Virus record (IMG/VR): IMGVR_UViG_3300034691_000045
Location: 1 to 37,465 of that record
Strand: one strand, 5' to 3'
DNA: 37,465 bases
DNA from: a virus
Taxonomy: Duplodnaviria > Caudoviricetes
A program made the translations under genes and the position numbers. Below the pieces are notes generated by a model. That model searched no databases. It worked only from the letters and a program-made list of their open reading frames with translations, and was not told the origin of the DNA. The first letter of the stretch is position 1. Each line of letters opens with the position of its first letter. Of the stretch, positions 36,401 to 37,465 are shown in pieces.

Positions 36401-37465
36401 TTTTTCGTTGGTCTCCTGAAGGAAGTAGGTATCGATGCGGTCGAGCTTGTGGCCGCGCTTGTCGCGGGGCGCGCGCAGCATCTCCAGCAGGCGCTTGCCG
36501 TAGGCATCGGCCTGCTCGGCGACCGTGTAGTCGAAGAGCTTGGTGCGCCCCCACCGCCCCTCGACCCGGCCGTCTTCGTCCATGTCCATGAACTTGGCGC
36601 GCTCGACTGCGTTTGGCGTCAAATACTCCTGCATCGCCGCCGCGACCTGGGCCACGTTGCCCGCCCCGGAGAGTTTCGCCCCCAGGGCCTCAACGGTGGT
36701 GATGTAGTCGGCGACCTCGGACTCGAAGGCGGCCCGCGCCGTCTCCCGGTCGCTGTTGCGCTCCGCACCATTGAGCCAGCGCACGATGGCATCGGCGTAG
36801 CTGGTGCGGTACTTTCCCAGCGCCCCCCCATGCTTGGCGCCAAGGTACTCCAGCGGGCTCAACAACTGGCCGCGCAGCCACTCCTGCGCCCGCAGGGTGC
36901 CAGGGGTGACGCCCTCGCGCACGGCGGGCAGGTCCCACACCTTCCCCGGCGTCGCGGCCTTCAGCGCCGCCTCGACGTAGTGCTTGGGGTCGGTCGCACG
37001 CAGCGCCGCGAGCGCCCGGCGGATCGCATCCATCGGGCGCACCAGCACCGTGCCAGCCCCGCGGTCCTTGGCCCCGCGGGGAACCTTCGCGTCCGCTGGA
37101 GTAGTCTTTTTGACCCTGGGGGTCTTAGCTTCGCCCGTGGTCTTCTTGGGGGTCTTGACCTTCTCGGGCTTGGTCTGTTCGCCGGGGCCTTCGGTCGTCG
37201 GGGGAGGCTCGGGTGTCGGCGTTGGTTCCGGGATCGGCTCCTGCTCGCCCGTGGCCACGGGCGTCTCGGTCGGCGGTTCAACGGTCGGTTCTTCCTGCGG
37301 CTGCTCGCCCAACGTCACCGCACCAGACTGCACGTCCTGCACGAACCGCTGGATGTAGGGCCGCATGTTCTCGATGGTCTCGCGCTGTAGTCCGTGGTCC
37401 TTGACCAGGGCGCGCACCAGCAACTTCACCATCTCGGAGATATCGGTCGCCGCCTCCTTGAAGTG
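24425..37465 (-). CDS. Giant DarA/DarB-like polyvalent protein, 5'-truncated by the window (>4,300 aa)
   Basis: LPD1-like AHEWGHALD (~35900); DarA_C-like (~35090-35260); N6-MTase VLDPSCGVGYF and VSNVPF (~34200-34415); SNF2 helicase GHEVGTGKT, FVDEAQ, SGTP, QRNGRGIR (~30640-32250); HEAFH metallopeptidase (~29210); two ART-like domains; PLMRFG (~26410); frame stays open upstream of ATG 37432 to the edge. Confidence 0.9.
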   Translation of the reverse strand, partial: HFKEAATDISEMVKLLVRALVKDHGLQRETIENMRPYIQRFVQDVQSGAVTLGEQPQEEPTVEPPTETPVATGEQEPIPEPTPTPEPPPTTEGPGEQTKPEKVKTPKKTTGEAKTPRVKKTTPADAKVPRGAKDRGAGTVLVRPMDAIRRALAALRATDPKHYVEAALKAATPGKVWDLPAVREGVTPGTLRAQEWLRGQLLSPLEYLGAKHGGALGKYRTSYADAIVRWLNGAERNSDRETARAAFESEVADYITTVEALGAKLSGAGNVAQVAAAMQEYLTPNAVERAKFMDMDEDGRVEGRWGRTKLFDYTVAEQADAYGKRLLEMLRAPRDKRGHKLDRIDTYFLQETNEKSPWYGFLKGEADTVTKLIEPKRPVLKKIVREGFKDVLQGREPTSELVKAEFNFAAVPVGNYVTSTSGAAHLTGSFEGLHDLAELIGADPKTDLSFGGELHYSIGKLGRGGKASAFFAPAWPIFRVTEDGKEALDDNGMPIVDGHVKAINITKAAGDGSVAHEWGHALDDALDATPEGRRMTALVKAALMHRLDPARLESVLDSILTGARSDVGYGFDTKTKRGRLDAAAAFLENDGWEFPKYGIKRETDFYDQATQLGDYWKRPQELWARSWEASIYDWMGAERRSDYLVSDFVKEGQYTKGLMYSGTPYPTGTERIAFSAMWHEMLKHVTWVDGKPKALGSFQDPLTAQRDAIRALAEELKADLRARYAALNGIESADKHYWYAYTEDRRGPGAQPPGFAAYDDAHRQGEATEALGAVAYLEPLGPEEINSFLLEPFQHEAGPSTTYLTEDERGNQVDRVGAPGVVGSEDQPTGGVRGPGAGGNAAGDLRDDSGSGEGSGRGTDITGTAVQPGDGTGVQQPAEGPDGTGGTGDATAIPATGNFSVTRPDDLIPSGKAEAFADNIRAIRLLKEIEAAGRMATPAEQAILVQFHGWGGIANELFSYRRLEPAWQRRFDALEQLLSYEEMTAARASTVNANYTDPAVVRAMWSTLERMGFAGGKVLDPSCGVGYFFAMMPKEMEAASKLMAIDLDPISARLASQVLQRTAVKQSGFEDVKLPERYFDLVVSNVPFADFAPVDKKYNPGKRFLHDYFFLKSIELVRPGGIVAFITSRGTLDKIAKGGPEVRAALAAKADLIGAVRLPENAFKEAGMTTVTTDIIFLRRKAGDKTDLTETWGESQPMELAGMEDVRAVTLDKEAGDERGTYGQKTANVNEYYHRHPEQMATRMIWRAGRYGNAYEPAMEPSDQPIGETVLPLLARLPGAVMMEEGQAAFADESMYAVSAEVGDVKDGGFAEHEGALWVKREGMLYPLDPPLKADDQARVRGYLEVMKGRRAVLNAELRQADDQELKRLRQGLRKQYDAFVKAHGPLNLKENAKAFWSDPDAPAVLALEHWDAEAQKVGRLADIFTERVVAIRQAPTHADSPLDALAAALNYRGRVDWKYMQSLTGQPFEAVREGLRGTVYNDPLAGWVTADAYLSGNVREKLTAAKTAAEVDDAYQENVAALEAIQPPDLTPQEIHANLGANWVPAETVRDFVSHLLDLNYRGQDALIVSYARPTGKWHVQIGGENGAAANRNQAAILSSTPATVTWGTKRAHLLDLLDLALNGGVPRVTDPVEYFEDGRRKVRQVVNEEQTEAARAKLEAIRDEFQRWTWADRYRSEAMGRVYNDLRNAEVLRKFQHPYYVAAKPQEAFPGQSPHEQLRDYQAGAVWRIQQDLDAYLGHEVGTGKTFEMITAGMELKRTGVKKKPMYAVLGSTVGQFRAEFLRLYPNANILTIHIGDNARQRRLALGRIANNNWDAVIVTHESFNRIPVSPDTEMKRIAQELEDLEEALRGARETDTGGGSWSARGKKPPSQAVKALEKAKKRLESKLKTLGDIREKDQGTSFEDLGVDMLFVDEAQEYKNLAFYTKLQGQVKGLGNPKGSGRAWGLFMKARYLQDTFGGGVVLASGTPVSNSVAEVYTIQRYLDYPALRASGLHHFDRWASEYGDIGVASEYAPEGGGFREVVRFRRFYNAPEMLRAVYRRLDVMTAAEAGVPRPAMTGGAPEQIVVPQTPTLAAFQETLIVRAKRVRKNPRQALPDNMLNIVTDGRKAAMDMRMIDPANPDEADSKTNKAVDTVFREYQRTTGISVKDPTDPKKTIKIDGVALVFADLGVPNKEGRFSIYDELKRKLIERGIPAAEIAFAQETSGSTDVRRAARLAQHGRVRAGKIRVYIGSTSTMGTGVNVQTRVSLLLHMDVWWNLSNWLQRNGRGIRFGNLFSEVKVLNIGAERTVDTFVWDKVQQKGIIVDKILSKNLIERTIEDVSQDTMSAGEAMAAFSGDPRIKRRADLQADVRRMAALERAYQEARRDVFGRLNRAKAWVKQALAETPEQGEYRDQLEDLTIDGGLLIFEPKRATATAFSFQEDAQNKRAGDITKALIAAYQGQANKLRAQDSAAYDQADKDWHDNPKNKGTLLPWSNYPTRHHLPPLSVGIFAGHGISATWTVKDNTRLEPHADDFVSILATKRGSYEFGADTTPRTLAQGLLAHIEGKNQDRIVGLKEAQREIPRLEAEYSKPFAQADELRDKADELDRLTADLLLSTEDKSVVVDAAAEEQADAADQGEDEESVDDQGEALFSLGNLPGVPTQTRTRSPDLPRLTQAFLDAKLQPLFAKLKGLSRAADLRVVQTEGELPAAAVAGLREARKANPSATAKAVFIPGEKGAKGTIWAVADNLADVRDGIVTVLSHEAFHSGLRQAFGPTLNPFLDELIADRQADVALYARARGLSMENLDERREAADEFLAHLAEVNAQADLPFLRRVYAAIRAWLRKAGFVLHFSDADLREIVAGVAQYNRTGEDRVRAQLRARFGQMAGERTGGWRFSTGRADTEFAPEYLADVGVDNQADPRLVPSSQAKEFDAGKTVTLYRAMSMIDGKLYPPMSAKMTDEMGNLALRKPEPVGKWMRSEERPDLVPTDGMYKGQFPLKKPGGGTTWALYAPYFHASPVPLNDQFTAAWKNDGVERPQLVTVEVEVPISEITSGYQAEGSVKKVGPNKWNSGVVASKVPGGREVVLSRYLRIKRVVPDSEVAQKIAAIVNKNRLSIPENTVTPQLRAELEKNGVRIARKGTKGDDIRYATGRAGEPSGTAGEFTESAYRPAVVAWAKARFGEQRAPDGGLAWQNFARWFGNSAMVDQAGEPVALYRGDKDPTFTTFEPDKMGTNTRTEGSKIGFFFTPNRMFAISPQYGGEVRAFYSNSENPYFVKLKNRQIETQLLSDSDKIDTNPQKVRSWLLDRGYDSVMIEGATADKHMELIILKSENVKSATDNTGAFGPSPDIRYALGGAPAGPRVASTPTLTSRIAAAFERYAPYGYNIPGRATSKRVRGWDKTVGTPRNLALNQPEFRPVYDGLSRQADSNSSYAMEAEALAPHWFTQMEQGPRAAWRSAKLVRGAMSPRELAAVQLALNEGTLAEHRYSPAELQARGLNARQVASYTQALAATHRSLDSTAQTFQAGALRALLEELHPDLPPPVRHAMSGRLSRLILGENVAEAASNAEQALSPLREDAVQRFQEARHMVTLMRGEHGADQVADTAAQQALTRAQKALDGATAKTYTKAHADLTAAQKAQQGTARALAQSTRNLDAAEMGLKQADALVKKIDATQASIDGIAERVADLKDNAYFPLMRFGQFAVTVWAEETDPVTGQTERKVVFFRKYASEAEQMDAFKAIDAAKGPGEEVHHGITSEEGHKLFRGLNMDTLALFADHIDTTSQDGKDTAALMQQYIRLAAAEASALKRTLHREGIAGYSPEAQRVLASYIVSNARLASNNLHAGDVGYAIDAIPQGHGDLRDYAINLRDYLADPGEEFAGLRQFMFAWYLGASVSSALTNLSQVPMVTAPYLTHQPGNVTRLLKNAYAQVLKGRKGRPDPATALGKAYLQAEQEGLISPQGIYNLMATARGGTLSPSGFMSGPNAQFVMTVWGGFFSLAEQANRQVTFIAAYNQALGNGLKDAGAYDYAAEAVNQTQFVMRKENRPVWARGLGAPLFTFKMFTVNYLELLARMPLKQRSLMLAALVVGAGLGGLPGADDAEDIIDTLMQWFGHNFQSKEELDRWANALLGEAIGPVVTHGISRAGLPFDIASRVGMGNLIPGTGILKPGNIGSAREQSELWGPIAGIVKDLGTATEQAARGNWSRAAYAAMPRAIKGLVDGTSAILTGEAQDRFGTPLIPLSRTESIFKAIGFNPVRVAQFNEQKYSILERDTYRKKMESAYMDHMARAALKGDAAGVQAAKEQIAGWNKTNPETPIKWTHAQLRQRVKSLKLTSSARFLKALSPELRQEAAAAFGAGG
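34744..35040 (-). CDS. Nested same-strand, alternate-frame gene; TnpV-like small helical protein
   Basis: GAGGA RBS 5 nt before GTG; GC3-rich codons; W..L..NRP..F.AL..AG.L...A..L...GLPYNQA.ELV....L..P.E pattern. Confidence 0.7.
   Translation of the reverse strand: METKLTGWAHQVWLDLKTNRPAAFAALEQAGTLRETCVTIQEAAKDQGAELTSRGLPYNQAMELVFNNLLRVPTEQEEPETPLRFRPPAISPSPALMI

Larger units (their letters stand above)
1..37465. mobile_element. Temperate phage (prophage or phage-plasmid) genome segment, extends beyond both window edges
   Basis: Terminases, lysis, O/P replication, repressors, recombinase and DarB-like virion protein fill the window; no host housekeeping genes seen. Confidence 0.95.

Noticed and set aside
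37410-37465. ATG 37432 as the true start of the giant gene
   Set aside because: Frame is open to the window edge (HFKEAATDISEM) and the AAGGAGG is about 20 nt from the ATG; the start probably lies outside the window
1-37465. Diversity-generating retroelement, retron, tRNA, integrase or IS
   Set aside because: No reverse transcriptase, recombinase or transposase motifs in the ORF track; no TR/VR pair or cloverleaf recognised by eye

Overview
The whole window is one GC-rich temperate tailed-phage genome segment, probably from a proteobacterial host (inferred from the DnaX-type domain and sigma70-like promoters). On the minus strand from ~13000 to 1 lies a Cro-led operon. It holds an AlpA/Xis-like HTH, lambdoid O- and P-like replication genes with iterons inside O, an HNH-BRO-tau fusion, VRR-NUC, a lysis cassette, a Q-like gene, a 3-gene moron, then small and large terminase. 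On the plus strand from ~13150 to 16450 are an XRE repressor, small ORFs and a TrfA-like plasmid initiator followed by a complete iteron origin. A second Cro-like gene with operators (16676-17090) precedes a long plus-strand early operon (RecT-like annealase, DUF551-like, Lar-like, YkgJ-like and many small ORFs). That operon runs head-on into a >13 kb minus-strand DarA/DarB-like polyvalent protein gene, which is open to the window edge. No integrase is visible. The most notable observations are four. (1) A codon-biased 98-aa gene with its own RBS is nested in another frame of the giant gene, exactly between its DarA-like and DarB-like halves. (2) An antirepressor is fused to a DNA Pol III tau C-terminal domain next to the replication genes. 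(3) There are two replicons (lambdoid O/P and TrfA+oriV), suggesting a phage-plasmid. (4) Two low-GC ADP-ribosyltransferase-like cassettes are bounded by repeated junction motifs. All family assignments come from motif recognition by eye, without database searches.
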